Shown in pieces: positions 1 through 12,606 of a stretch of 64,000 bases of DNA. Origin of the DNA: Anthoceros angustus (taxonomy: Eukaryota; Plantae; Anthocerotophyta); assembly GCA_010909165.1 (NCBI GenBank), contig MU008178.1, positions 1,101,066 to 1,165,065 on the forward strand. The letters run 5' to 3'. The notes beneath the pieces are model-generated. The model saw only the letters and a program-made list of their open reading frames with translations. It was not told the origin of the DNA and made no database searches. Position numbers and translations under genes: made by a program. The number at the start of each line of letters is the position of its first letter. Position 1 is the stretch's first letter.

Positions 1-228
1 CACGCACGAGAGCGAACCTTTTGGCGATGTCTCTAAAAGTGCGGTTGGCTGCTCATTGGAATCGTGTAAGCGCCCGCCCGGCGTCACCAAATGCGGCCTC
101 CACTCCTGTCGACTCCCTTCCACCTCGTGATCACCTGGAATAGAAGAGGCTTTAGAAGCCTTAGGAGGTGAGACAGAGGAGGGGGAGCAGTCGCCCGGCT
201 CTGTGACCTCGTCACGGGCCCGGGCTGC

Positions 229-798
229 CTATGGAGAACTGCTCCTCCTCCTTGTCCTCCTCGGCCATTTCTTCAACTTCCACCTCTTTCTCATCCATCC
301 CAGTGTTCTTCCCTTCGCCTCCTTTGCCTCCTTCGCCTCCTTCTTCGCCTCAGTCTTCAAAAGGAAGGCTGCCCAGCTCACACATTTGCACAGTTTCTTC
401 TCTACCAAAAGTCCCAAGGCCATGGACACAGGCACCAGTGAGTTGCACCAGGCGTTTCCATAGATGTGGTATAATAGATCATCTACGTGCCTCCACTCCT
501 GAGCTGAGAGTGTGTCTGTGCCTTGCCATACAAAGCCTATGTTCTCGTTTCGTACCTTGCCAAAGGCATCAGACAACACGTCCGGCCCTCCCAATCTCTC
601 CTTCAAACCCATCAAAAACTTGTCGTTTCGGACGTCCAAGCCTTTCATGCTTCTTCCATCACCATCGTGCCAATTCCATACCTTGCCACGAAGGTAGGAG
701 TATCTCGATTCGGCATCGATCGGGCAGCCCGATCTTGCAGCCTTGGCTGCCGCTTCATTGCGAGCTTCCTTAAGCGATGAGTGCTCCCTAGGAGCCAT
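229..798 (-). CDS. Hypothetical 189-aa protein, probably a TE accessory ORF
   Basis: Uninterrupted ATG-initiated ORF with a globular-looking N-terminal part and a charged K/E/R-rich tail. An AT-rich tract lies upstream (930-1080). No family recognised. Confidence 0.4.
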   Translation of the reverse strand: MAPREHSSLKEARNEAAAKAARSGCPIDAESRYSYLRGKVWNWHDGDGRSMKGLDVRNDKFLMGLKERLGGPDVLSDAFGKVRNENIGFVWQGTDTLSAQEWRHVDDLLYHIYGNAWCNSLVPVSMALGLLVEKKLCKCVSWAAFLLKTEAKKEAKEAKEAKGRTLGWMRKRWKLKKWPRRTRRRSSSP

Positions 799-1149
799 GG
801 CAAGAAGCGGCTCAAGCGGACCGGCGAGGAGGAGGAGGAGGGCGAGCGAGGATCGGAGGAAGGGAGAGAGGTGGGACGCATCAATGTCTGAAACGTGGGC
901 ACAGTTGTCAACGGGTAAAGTAAGTAGACTTACCTAAAGTTAAGTTTTATGGTTAAAGTAAAAAGTAGAAAGTTAAAGTAGAGCATACTAATAATAATAA
1001 TAAATATATATACTATAAGGTAAGAAGTATGATAAAATATATAAAAGTAAATGGTTCAAAATTCATATTCACACCATTCATACTCTAGCACAAGATAGCC
1101 AAATGTACTTTGCCATATGGCACAAAAGTGTGGCACCAAAGCATGCTTG

Positions 1150-1420
1150 CACCCATTTGGCACTACATCACATATCTGCTACAACAGAGACTCTTTTGAG
1201 TCTTACTTGCTAGCCACAGAACACAAGACTGTTCTCCTGGGAGATGATCACAACCTAACCATAGCAGGTGTAGGTTTTGTTGTATTCAGGTGTGATTCAA
1301 GTTAGACTTTTCTTATTTATGAAGTCCTTTATGTTCCTGCCTTGTGCAAACATTTAGTGTCAATTGCTAGTCTTTGTAGAGAACATACTATGCAGGTGAC
1401 ATTTTTAACAAATAGCTGTT
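1150..1420 (+). pseudogene. Ty1/copia pol remnant (protease region)
   Basis: Translates to GTTSHICYNRDSF..VLLGDDHNLTIAGVG..*..EVLYVPALCKHLVSI, the typical copia protease-region pattern, with an in-frame stop. Confidence 0.75.
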
Positions 1421-1559
1421 TCCTCTCATACACAAGATATAGGACTCAAGCCAATTACTGAAGTGTCAGATTTCCGGTCATATGTTTGGCTTATTAGGCA
1501 AGGCCAGAGTGGACACACATATGGGGTGGCAGTAAAGAGATTGATCAATCTGGCCTTGC

Positions 1560-2480
1560 ATAATAGCCAAACATATCGTTCCAGCACCAGTTTAAAATAA
1601 CTCGTGAAGAGAAAGCAGACCGTGGGTTTGTGACATTTATCAGGAGCAAGCAGTATTCGACCTCGGCACTGTGGGAAACTGAAGCGGGTTTGGAGTTTTT
1701 GAAATTTGTGCCTTCAGACACTATAACAGCTGCACCCTTGACTACACTGCGGTCTAGGGATAAAAAAGGCACCTAGACAGTGTTATCACCAACTGCAGGC
1801 ATTACTCATCTAAAGAATGGTCTTTCAGAACTTAGGCCGTATGTGACATCATAGGAGTTTTTATGATGGGAAGCTTTCTGGGTGGACCAAGAAAAGATTG
1901 CTATTATTATGGAAAACAACATTGGCCTTGTGCTACACAATCCTTGGAAGTGGTACTCAAGGTCAAGTAGAAATGCGGTAACCTCTGCATGTTTTGCATT
2001 TAAGCGCACTCGGAGGAGGCATTGCTGAGGGACCTCCCACGATGAGATATGTAATTAGGAGCATACCAAATGCTGGGGAGGCAACAATAGGAAATGGCAC
2101 GGTTGAATGGTGATATCACGGAAATAAAGTAAGGGATGTTTGTTGCAGTTCCCACGGACACAAACACGCATAATAGACCATTTTGGATTGGGAAGGTGAC
2201 AGGTGTTAAATTACATGCGCCACAGCCTCACTTCCTTGTTCACTGATGCGTACGAGGGGAGGTACGTAGAAGAATATTTAATCAGAGGGGATGGCAAGGA
2301 GGCTGCAGGGAGTAACCTAGGGAAAAGGGGAGCGAAGGCTCTCCATCGAAAGAATATCCAATAGGTTTTTGTTCACCAAACGGTCATCCTCTATTATGGG
2401 TTCAGCTTGACTACGCGAAAACATTTGTATGTTGTGGACAAGAAGACAATCAAGGATAAGTTAATTGAACTGTAAGGCTT
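1560..2480 (+). pseudogene. C-terminal half of a DUF7869-like transposase (second, diverged copy)
   Basis: HQFKITREE..FIRSKQYSTSALWETEAGLEFLKFVPSDTITAAPL, GMFVAVP..LGKVTGV and ILYYGFSLTTRK parallel the minus-strand motifs IIAAPL, GMMIAV..FWVGKVVDV and IMGYDFELT of the split transposase at 5760-7794/25068+. Confidence 0.6.
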
Positions 2481-3234
2481 TATTCAACCAGTGAGTCAAA
2501 GTGCCACTGAGTACAATAAAGATGATGTTCATGATGCCGTGCCCAGCGAAGATGATGGCATGGAGTTGGGCGAAGAGTAGGAAACCCTCTTAATGTTAGC
2601 TCATCTTGGACGGGCATTTGGTGAGGTTATGCGTCAGGCAGGCTCATTTCCTGCGGATTGGAGTGTACATTTCCAAGCGGAGTACATATTTCTCAAAAAC
2701 GTCTAGGCCCATGATAGGATTTTGGTTGTGGCTGTCCTTTGTGTGCCGTTGTAGACTTGACATACTTAATACTTACCAATGTTCAAGCCTTTTTCCATTA
2801 CATGCTTAAGGACATGTGGGGAGTGTGCCCGTAGTGCTCGCGTTTCTGCATCTTGTCGAGCAACACACCATGAGCCTGCAGTGTGTTTCTTCGCGATATA
2901 TATCGGTGAAACTAGTTGTCGCACGCCTTTTTTCATTCATCGACTGCGGTCTGTGGGATTGAATCATATGATTATATTTGCTGGCACAATTGAGGCTGTG
3001 CTGAAGCTCTGCCCCCACCCCAAACCCCAAAGACACTTTGTAAACAAATCCCAATATAGGTCTGTGACTATCCGACATTCGCCAGGCATCATCGCAAGGC
3101 CAGTAAAAGGGTGCCGGCCGGCTAGCGTCCTTCCCCTCACACCTGCTTTGCTCCCCGACCGTCAACGGTTCAGCTTGTCCTCCGAATCTCATCACCGTGC
3201 CTTTTAGGGGTCTTTAGGGTTGCAACATGAGAAT

Positions 3235-3274
3235 GACTGACAACAAGGTCTCCTAAGAAGTAGAAACACACTCC
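3235..3274 (+). repeat. Left terminal inverted repeat of the 3235-32992 element
   Basis: Shares a 19-bp perfect core AACAAGGTCTCCTAAGAAG with the right end in inverted orientation, plus imperfect extensions. Confidence 0.8.
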
Positions 3275-4157
3275 ACTTTTTAGAGACTGACGTCCATTTG
3301 GTCACATTCGACCTACAAATTGAAAACCAATCTCTGGATTGGGTGCTTTTCCAAAAACCAAGGGCAAAAACCACACTATTTCCATTTCCCGTAGTTGTCA
3401 AAAGCACCTTTTCTACCTTTTTGATGTCTTTTGACCCTGTTAAGAAAGGTCCATGGTTGGATCAAGTTGGAAAATACCCCAGTTTTAAGGATTTTTAAGG
3501 GCATTTTCACAAAAACCGGTTGTCATTTTGAATCTGTACATTTCTGACAATTTCCGAACCAATGTGCTAAGTTGAAAACTGCAATGATACCTCAATATGC
3601 TAACACTTTTTTTTTTGTACACATTGGTCCAAGTATGCCCGACATCCTGCCCTTACCGATCGCAAGGTTGTGGCACCATAAAAAACAATAAGGATATGTG
3701 TCTTCATATCAACTGGTCGAAACACAAACATGCATGCACACATCTGATTTGGTACTATAGTGGGAGACTAGAGGTATAAGACACCAAGATCCCACATGGG
3801 CCATATGCCCAACTATATGTCCGCGTTCCAAATTATACAAAAATGCTCACATATATCAAAAAGAAAAGTGCCCTGGCACCATATAACCGATACCGGACAA
3901 CCGGTCACTTTTCGAATTTTGTCAAGTGACCCATACTCATAAGCGAGACTAGGGTGTCGACCTAGGTTGGATCCGCAGCCTAAGCCAAGACAAGGTTTTC
4001 AATATAGTCGCCAAAGGCACCTGGACATCGTGACCTTTGCACCACATTGTCCGCATAAAGCCAACAATTTACGCCCACCATCAAGTATGATCAAGTTTGA
4101 AGTTCACGGCCTGCACCTAGCACTCCACCCACACCAAAACAAGCCTATCCTAGCTTC

Positions 4158-4363
4158 TGGCTCCCAAAAAAGGAGGGACATCATCACAGCCTCGCCTCCA
4201 GACATCAACCTCCGCCTATATGTTGGCACCTACATACATGAATCCACAGGCTCACGAAGACTAGCATACATAAAGCATACGTGGCTCCCAAAAAAAGGAG
4301 GATATCATCACAGCTCGCCCAAGACATCAACCTCCCGCCTATATGTTGGCACCTACATACATG
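4158..4363. repeat. Two imperfect copies of an ~85-bp direct repeat
   Basis: TGGCTCCCAAAAAAGGAGG...GACATCAACCTCCGCCTATATGTTGGCACCTACATACATGAA occurs at ~4158-4242 and ~4282-4363. Confidence 0.85.
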
Positions 4364-5759
4364 AAGGTAGCAATCATCATTGGCTCACAAAGATATGGCA
4401 ACAAAGAATGACAATAAAGACCATCAATAAGATAAAACAAAGAAAAAGCAAAATCAACAACTAAAGCGAGACAAAGAACAACAACCGATGATGTAATGAA
4501 TTGAAACACCTACTACCAAAAGCCTTCACTCACCACAGGCTCCGGCTCACATCGAACCCCATACCGCCAATGCCTTGGCACTGCTTTCCGCCGCCATTAC
4601 AAGCGCAGCTCCCTCCGACGCCTTCTTGCCCACACCGCCTCTCGCCTCCAACTCCTCCTTCGGACAACTCCCTGCCTGCTCAGCTTTACGGCCGATATGG
4701 CCTGAACCTCCGCAGCTCCATCTCAGCTGCCTTCACCTCCTTCCTAGCCAATGTGAGATCATGGGAGATGTCGCGTGGCCTCACAACCCCTCCCTCCTCT
4801 AGGAAAGAGTCCTCACCTCCTCGGGGCTCCCTCAAAGAAACCCTTATCCCCACCTCCCCCCTGTGGAACCACGCAGAGGCTTTGGGAGTGGCAAACGGAT
4901 GCCACTGGAAGAAGGGTTGGCCACCAATTGGTGATGATGCCTCGGGAGGGATGCCCCCACGACGCTTCCTCAAAGTGGATCTCCTCCTGGCCCTCTTCTC
5001 TGCAATGTTTGCAGCTGTGACCTGTGGTGGGGACTGATAGCCGCCACGCCCGTCCTCATATAGGCTGATTGATGCACTCAACACTCTAACACCGTCTGGT
5101 GGGCGTGGTTTCGCTCACCAGCATGCAAACTGGATAATTGACACACAGATGGATTCTTCCTCCGCGTGCGGCGCATCCAAAACCAAAACACAGGAGGTGG
5201 TTCTAGGCGGAGATGGAGAGTAAATCAGTATGGCAAAGGGCCAAAATACCACATGGCGTGTTGAGTTTCGCTCCCGGCTAACACACTAGCTCAAAGTCGC
5301 TGCACCTGCTCTCGAACGAGCCTGCACCAATCACAAAAACCCAAATGCTGGCCGAAACAAGCGTAATGCTCACCACAATTAGAACAACGAGCTTTAGCGG
5401 ACATCCGTGCAAAAGCCACAATGCATCGACATCAAAGCCACAATGCATCAAAACTCTATGCCAAAACATGAACACGGGATCACACATCCACATATACCCT
5501 AAACATCGATGTCACGACTATGTATTCACTATCCTCGACCTCAGCACTCTCTCTGGTCCAACCTCGAAATTCTGAATCCTTGGTGGGTTAAGATCGGCTC
5601 CTCACGGGTCCACACCTTCCAGCAAGTCTACCAAATAAATAATCAAGCGGATGCATCGGAAGATTCAACGTTGTCCAAGTCTTTGAATCAATTAGTTCGT
5701 CACCACTTGCTTCACCATCAATAGGAGGAAGCAAAGCGGTTCCTCACTTGGCTCTGCTT

Positions 5760-6092
5760 TCGTAACTCAAGATCTTCCTCCTCAAAGATGTCCATTGTGT
5801 CTTTGCTCAAAGTCTTGTTCTCGTCAACTCGAAATCATAACCCATGATTGTGGTCTCCAAAAGCTTGATTGGTTGCACATGTTTCTTCAAAGGGTGCTGC
5901 GTCGACCTTTTCTGCCGGAGGGTTGGCACCCACTCTTCCTAATACCTACCCTCCAATGCATTAGGGTTTTGCGCCACCTGGACTTGCGCTCTTGGTCAGG
6001 ACAACTCTTGGTCCGGTGACTATGGTCTACATCCACAACCTTACCCACCAGAATGACGTCGGATCATCTCCACTGGACCGCAATCATCATGC
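5760..6092 (-). pseudogene. DUF7869-like transposase, C-terminal segment 3
   Basis: GMMIAV..GDDPTSFWVGKVVDV..IMGYDFELT; continues segment 2 across the 6093-7376 insertion. Confidence 0.6.
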
Positions 6093-7376
6093 CACCGGAT
6101 CTACATGCTTGTGGAGTGATTTTCTAAACCAAGTGGTCACAAAGAGGCCACATTTACCCTCTTTATCGTTGTAGACTTGAGATTCGTACCCAAGGGAGTG
6201 ATTTCGTGTCAAGACAACCAAAACATAGCCAATCCAACCAAACACGACACACCAAACATCTAGCGATGCACGGACTACCCTAACAACACTCGGACTGGCT
6301 ATCTTAGCCACGCCTGACTGATGCCACCCACGATGACCCGGTTGCTAACTTAGCAACCCTCTATTTCTAGCGAGGGGTCCACCTTGGGATCAGTCGGCTA
6401 TTAATAGGGTGGGTCCCAGTCGGATCCAAGTGGATAAGGCTGATCTCTCTCTCTCTCTCTCTCTCTCTTACTCATCCACAAAGTTAGATCCACCAATCGG
6501 GATTACCGCCTCAACTCTTTTCCCTCACTCTTGCAGATTTCTTGACTTCCTTGCCTCGTCCAGCCTTTCAGCTCACCTTGCTCCAGACCTTCCAGACTCA
6601 CACCTTGAGGTGCCTCGCAGCCTCCCACACTCCAAGTTTCAGCTCTCTCTCAACTCTCCTTGTTCTCACACCTCACCCATTCAATCTCCACTTCCACAGC
6701 CTCCTCTCCAGTCCTTACAAGGTTCTCATCCAGACCTTACAGCCCTTCACCAACTCTCAAAATACTTGTTCACTACCTCCCACAATCATTCCATCTCATC
6801 CACTCACGGATCTTCAACCTCCACTCACAGCTCTCTTCTTCAGAACACAAACATCACTTAGACTTCTCCATTCCTTCTTACTCCTCTCAAACAGCCAATC
6901 AGCAACTCTCCATGTCGATTCTCCACTTCTCTCACAGTTCACTTTTCCTCTCATTTTCCAAACACACAAGCCAGCCTCAACTCACTCCCTTCCTTCCCTC
7001 CACACACACGGCTCCTTGTCTTCTTACACGACCTTGACAAAAACTTAAACACAAGGTGAGTACTAGACAAAGCAGAGAATGAGTAAGGAGGGACAGCCTC
7101 CCGGCTTCACCCCTTCCTCTTGACCTTGAGGACTCCCTCCAAGGAGACCACAAGGCTCCTCCCTTGCTTTCCACCACTCTTGCGGATGCCACAGATCCGG
7201 GCAACAGGTCTTCGTCACAGAGAGAAGGTGCTAGGCTTACAAAGACTGGATCTGAACCCCCAAACCCCGTGCTCAGCCCCAAACACCGAGACTTAGGCCA
7301 ACATTGCTTACATTTCATCAAGAGGTGCCTCTTATACCCAAGATCACCCACAAAAGCTTTGCCAAAATACCAATCG
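6093..7376. mobile_element. Unclassified ~1.3-kb insertion flanked by a 23-bp direct repeat
   Basis: CCACTGGACCGCAATCATCATGC occurs at 6070-6092 and 7377-7399. The insert interrupts the transposase frame and contains (CT)n at ~6444-6468 and a G-poor tract. Confidence 0.65.
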
Positions 7377-7399
7377 CCACTGGACCGCAATCATCATGC

Positions 7400-7794
7400 T
7401 AACTGGATCTCAGATCCTACTGTCTTGCTTTTGTTCAGACGTTCCTTCTTGGCGGTCTGTGTAAATGTAAACCTCTCGCTCATGTCCAAATATCGTCTAG
7501 CTAGTGTAGCGTCCACTATCACTTCATCTGGAAGAGCCACTTGGGTTCTTGAGAATGCTCCTCCAGTTATACCATTTCCATGTTGTTTCCAATGGACGAA
7601 GAGCACCAGATTCTACTACACCCGCTATAATATGGCTCTTCCAAAGACCATCCCACCGAGCGGCGGTAACCATTGAAGACTTGTGGAGTTAAAACGATTG
7701 TCTGTCTTCCACTCCAGCAATAGCCCTATCAGGCTGCACCTCTGCATGTTCTCTTTGGCCCTTGGATTTCGCCCTCACCTGCAGTGGCAGTAGT
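7400..7794 (-). pseudogene. DUF7869-like transposase, segment 2
   Basis: Joining 25068+ to 7791 across the CACTA TSD restores the frame EIIAAPL/LPLQVRAKSKGQREHAE. Confidence 0.65.
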
Positions 7795-7817
7795 CATTAC
7801 TAGGAAAAGTATACTTT

Positions 7818-8415
7818 TACCATGGACATTACTACGGACTTTACAACGGTCATTACTACTCCCGTAGTAAAATATCAGTAGTAAACACATAGCATTAGTG
7901 TCCGTGGTAAAGTCCAGTGCATCGTATATGATGGCTATACTCTGTATTCTATACGAAGTATGTACGGAGTACGTTAATGAAGTCTACCGTATACTAGTTA
8001 ATCTTTAAATTACCATACCTTTTACCACGGTATTTACTACATTGAACAACCACGGACTTTACTACTGGCCTAATCGTGGTTAAAAATAATGGTTAGTTCA
8101 CCGAGATTAGCTAACTACAATATATTAATTGCAATTAAATTAGTGGGTTTGGTTAATCACATGTTCATCATAGTTAATTAATCACGGTTAAGTAATCCGA
8201 CAGTCGTTGTAAATTCCCGCTGGGCACCGTTGTAAATCTCTCCATTGTAGAAAAAGACCCTGTAGTAATATTTTATAGTAAATATTCGTAGTAAAATTCT
8301 GTAGTAAACATCGTAGTTAACATATATAGTAGAATTCTATAGTAATAATACGTAGTAAAATTCTATAGTAAAAGTATGTTGTAAAATTCTATAGTAAAAA
8401 GTTTGTAGTAAATTT
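7818..8415. repeat. CACTA left subterminal repeats (GTAGTAAA / GTTGTAAA / TTTAC(T/C)AC motifs)
   Basis: Many direct and inverted copies, densest at 8260-8412. Confidence 0.8.
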
Positions 8416-8419
8416 CAAG

Positions 8420-8592
8420 TCTGCTAGATGCCCAGACAGCTGTTCAAACATGTAAAGGTGGTTGTACGCAGCACCATGTTTGAACTTAACCCGACTGATC
8501 ATGCCATTGACAGATAACTTGAAATCCCGTAAGGACTGGGTACGTGGTCTCCCTGAAAACCTCTCATGCCTGTAGGTTGCTCCTCCCTCCAT
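8420..8592 (-). pseudogene. Possible retrotransposon gag fragment captured in the CACTA element
   Basis: RFSGRPRTQSLRDFK..LYMFEQLSGHLA resembles a gag capsid N-terminus and is cut off at the subterminal repeats. Confidence 0.4.
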
Positions 8593-10359
8593 GTCGTCCG
8601 AGTCTTCAAAATACTCGGCTGTGGACGCCTAATATATGGTCATTCACGGATGAGAGCCCAAGGTCCGTGACGAAGAGCCCACCCGGGTTGACAAATGGGA
8701 TTGCCCCCAAGGGTGTATGGCCCAAGGCTGCTGCAAGAACTCAGCGTGACTCCTCCTCGTAGTAGCTTCGAAGTCAAATGGAGCTTTCTCTCCCTCCAAA
8801 TCTGAAGTCCCAGGGGTGAGGAAACCTCTAAATGGGGACCAGCTTGTTTGCCTTCTTGTTGAGGGTGATGGGGTCGGCCGGCTTCCACAAACTCCCAAGC
8901 TTGCTCCTGCCTTTTGGCTGCCCTCCTCCGTCGTGTGTATGCACGTCTAAGTGGGGTGCTTTTGTCCGAGGATGTCAGCGGGATCTCGATGCATGAGGTG
9001 GTCTCATGCTCCTCAGTTGCATTCCCCATGAACACGCAATGAACAAAAGGTCAGCTAGCTAGGCTGGAAGAGGAAAAGAAGGCAAGCTAACACTGCGTCG
9101 AGGGTTCGCTAAAGCCGAGCCAGACAAGTCTAGAAGCTGTGAAATGTCAAAGTCACAGTGCAAAAAGGACATGAGGGGCCAGGTCTAAAAGCTAAGCTAA
9201 GAGCTAGGCTACATGTAATGAGAGACACAAGTGCCGGTGTCCATAAGAGCCCTAGCCCCTATGCTACAACAAGAGGGGTGTTGGCTGCAAAATAACCAAC
9301 ATTCCCCATGAAACCCTAGATGACCAAATCCTCCAAGGCATTCAGTCCCTGGATTTCAATTGAAATTGAACAAAACTTATATCAATAGATTTGTCTCAAG
9401 AGGCAAACAATCAGTATGAATCAAAGGCAACCAACCTCTGTGGTGGGCGCTGAGCTCTAGAAGGCTGGGACAGCTTCTGCGGTGGAATCTTTCTGCTGCT
9501 GCTAGCGATAGATAGGTGTGTTGGTGATGCCGCCTTGCTGTGGTTACTGGCCGCCTCCACCAATCTGATCGCTAAGCTCTTGCATGCCATGCTCCAGTTG
9601 ATATTAATTTTGATTGAGTGAAGATTGCCTCTTGCGCATCGAGAAATGTGAGGGCTCATCATGTTGCAGCTATGAGCACTGTAAATCACGCCATAGCACG
9701 CACCACAAGAAGAAATTTTGCTGAGAACATGCTCGACTTGAACCCCAATCTCAAAAGAACATGACTTCCCAAGGTTCTCTTGGGTGTCACCGAGTGCTTG
9801 CAGCGCAGTGACTAACGACTCCTACCCTTTGTCTCTTTTGTCTAGCGCCAGCCATCATCTCCACGATCCAATCTCTCGTTGAGTTGGCTTCACGCCCTTG
9901 CATCAGCAACAGACTGCTCCTTTCCATGATGCCTTGCTGGGTCACCTAGGTTTTGCTATCCTCCCACGTTGGGCATCAGGGCTACACCAACAACAAGTTC
10001 GAAAATAGCCAGCATGTGTTCTTACCTAACCTGCCTGAAAACATCTAGCTTGTTCTAAACTAGTTTGCAAAATATCTAGTTCACCTAGATTCATTCATCC
10101 TAGCATTAATTTGGGAAATGTATTTGTTGTCCTATTGGGTCTATGCACGCTTAGGTGCATCACTTCCATCCAAAATTGGGAGTGATAACTTGCTAAGTAC
10201 ATGGTGGTAAAAACGGGGTTTTTTTTAAATCCGTTTCACATAGGCCTTCAAATATCTCGGTTTGGTGTAGCGTGGTCCGTGGGTTTAGTTGTGGCTTGCG
10301 CTTACTTTTGTGGAAGTGGGCCTTGAGATAAAAATGAGGTTACTGTGTTGTGTGTGGCC

Positions 10360-10647
10360 GGGTTGGAGGTGCAGGAGTTGGAGGTGTCTTGGGAGTTGGA
10401 GGTGTGTTGGGGTTGGAGGTGTGTTGGGGTTGGAGGTGTGCGGAGTTGGAGGTGTCTTGGGAGTTGGAGGTGTGTTGGGGTTGGAGGTGTGCGGAGTTGG
10501 AGGTGTCTTGGGAGTTGGAGGTGTGTTGGGGTTGGAGGTGCAGGAGTTGGAGGTGTCTTGGGAGTTGGAGGTGTCTTGGGAGTTGGAGGTGTCTTGGGAG
10601 TTGGAGGTGTGTTGGGGTTGGAGGTGTGCGGAGTTGGAGGTGTTGGA
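10360..10647. repeat. Minisatellite built from GG(A/G)GTTGGAGGTG plus short variable spacers
   Basis: About 17 variant units of 15-18 bp. Confidence 0.9.
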
Positions 10648-11712
10648 AGAGGCGGCGGGCGGTTTAGGGTTGACCTCCTCAGGAGGGACATGTCCTTGCG
10701 GACTTTGCCCTGTAGCCGGATCTGGCCGCCGAGGGCGGGCTTCCTTTGCCTCGGCGTCGAGTTCGGCCCTCGCAGCCCCTCGTGCTTCTATCTTTCCCTT
10801 GCCGTGGTGGCTGCGACAACAGTGAGTGTGACATGATCATTTCACCACCTTCGATGTCATCCATTGTGAACATCTACGCCCTCTGAATTGGGAGGAGAGC
10901 CATGTGAGTCCGTGAGAGAGCAAGGTAGGGTTTTGGCTTTTGTTGGGAGGACCGTCCTCAGATGTGGTGGAAGTGGACTCGTGCTCGGGTTGATTGGACT
11001 TTTTTTGCGGCTTGCCAACTTGTATGGATCCCTCTACTCCGCCCGATGGACTCATGAGGCACGGAGTTCCTTCGCCTTCATGTTGTGCTCTCTAACTCCA
11101 CGAGGACTCACCGCGGCGTAGAAGGCTCCCAGAGCTCTGGTCTTGGCGTGAAGATCGGTGGAGGGATTGGCGAGAAAAGGCTTCCCCTCTTGGAGGAGTG
11201 ACCCTGATCATGGTGGTGAGGTGCACGGCCTTATCGGTCCCTCGGGGAGTGGAGGCAGCGGTCTGGTGCAGGCGGATGTGGGAGCCGCTGTGTTTTCGAT
11301 GGAAGCAGCGTCACACAATTGGATGTGATCCGATGTGGTGGATCGGGTTGGAGGTGTCTTGGAGTCATGGTCCTCCTTGTGGTGGAAGTGCAAGACTTGA
11401 GTCTCGGGTTGATTGGACTTTTTCCATTCCCACAACCATCACGGATGACATCCTGCGTTGGGACAACGTAGAGCTCCGCTTTTGAGGCCTCCATTGTCAT
11501 TGCTTGAGAAGAAACAAACGGCTTGTGCACTTGAATTCCACATTGATTTGGCACATGGTGATGGTAACGTGATGCGCATTGGGCTAATCGTTGTTTGGTT
11601 TTTGTGTTGTAGAGTGAAGGCGATCTGTAATCATGGAGTGGAGGCCGTTGGGGAGATGCGTGTGGTCTTGTGGTGAATTGGGAGGGTTGGCAATATGGAA
11701 GTTGGGTGTCCG

Positions 11713-11840
11713 GGGTTGGAGGTGTGTTGGGGTTGGAGGTGCCGAGAGGAGGTGGGAGTTGGAGGTGCAGGAGTTGGAGGTGTCTGGGAGTTGGAGGTGC
11801 AGGAGTTGGAGGTGTCTTGGAGTTGGAGGTGTGCGGAGTT
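11713..11840. repeat. Second block of the GTTGGAGGTG minisatellite
   Basis: Same unit as 10360-10647. Confidence 0.85.
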
Positions 11841-12404
11841 TGTGGTGTGCCAATGGTGGAGGTGTGCGGAGTCACGAGGTGTCTTTGGAGTGTGAGTTCT
11901 TTGGAGTCATGGTCCTCCTTGTGGTGGATCGGGTTGGAGCCGATGTGGTGGCTTTACGGAGATGGACTGCCACAGGGATGGACCTCTTTATTGGAGAAAG
12001 AAGACAGAAGGATGTTGGTGGTGGTTCTTTGGAGAGAAGGGAGTGAAAGATGGAAGGATGTTATGTATGTTTCGGTTTTCATGGATTTGATCCACCATCC
12101 GGCCCGGGCGCTAACTGCCGCTTTCGCTTTGTTGGCGAGTTAACAATATGGTTGACTTTGAAGAGATGAGTTTGTTTCGAGGAAGGCGCAAGAAGGCGGA
12201 GGTGCGTGAAAGGACCGAACATGTCAAGAAGTTGCAAGGAAAGCCTGTGAATGTCTGGGACTGGAAAGAAGAAGATGGCACACTCTGTAGTGCTGGTTTC
12301 AACGTTAGGGACATTTCATACACTGATATTCTGAAAGATCTTATTGGTGGTGACGAGTTCATCGTCAGTGTGTTTGGGCCGATAGCTGGGAAGAATGAAG
12401 GATT

Positions 12405-12606
12405 CAAGTGGATGGTGCTCCAAGTGGATGGTGCTCCAAGTGGATGGTGCTCCAAGTGGATGGTGCTCCAAGTGGATGGTGCTCCAAGTGGATGGTGCTC
12501 CAAGTGGATGGTGCTCCAAGTGGATGGTGCTCCAAGTGGATGGTGCTCCAAGTGGATGGTGCTCCAAGTGGATGGTGCTCCAAGTGGATGGTGCTCCAAG
12601 TGGATG
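12405..12606. repeat. Perfect 16-bp tandem repeat (CAAGTGGATGGTGCTC) x12.6
   Basis: Twelve identical units plus 10 bp. Isolated copies also occur at ~13690 and ~13750. Confidence 0.95.

Noticed and set aside
6409-7048. Ser/Leu/His-rich ORFs in three frames
   Set aside because: G-poor compositional bias explains the lack of stops; no protein-like features.
10289-12143. Long ORFs in all frames (Gly/Val- or Pro/Thr-rich)
   Set aside because: Produced by the GTTGGAGGTG minisatellite.
12405-12606. CRISPR-like array
   Set aside because: Units are head-to-tail with no spacers, the context is eukaryotic and no cas genes are present.
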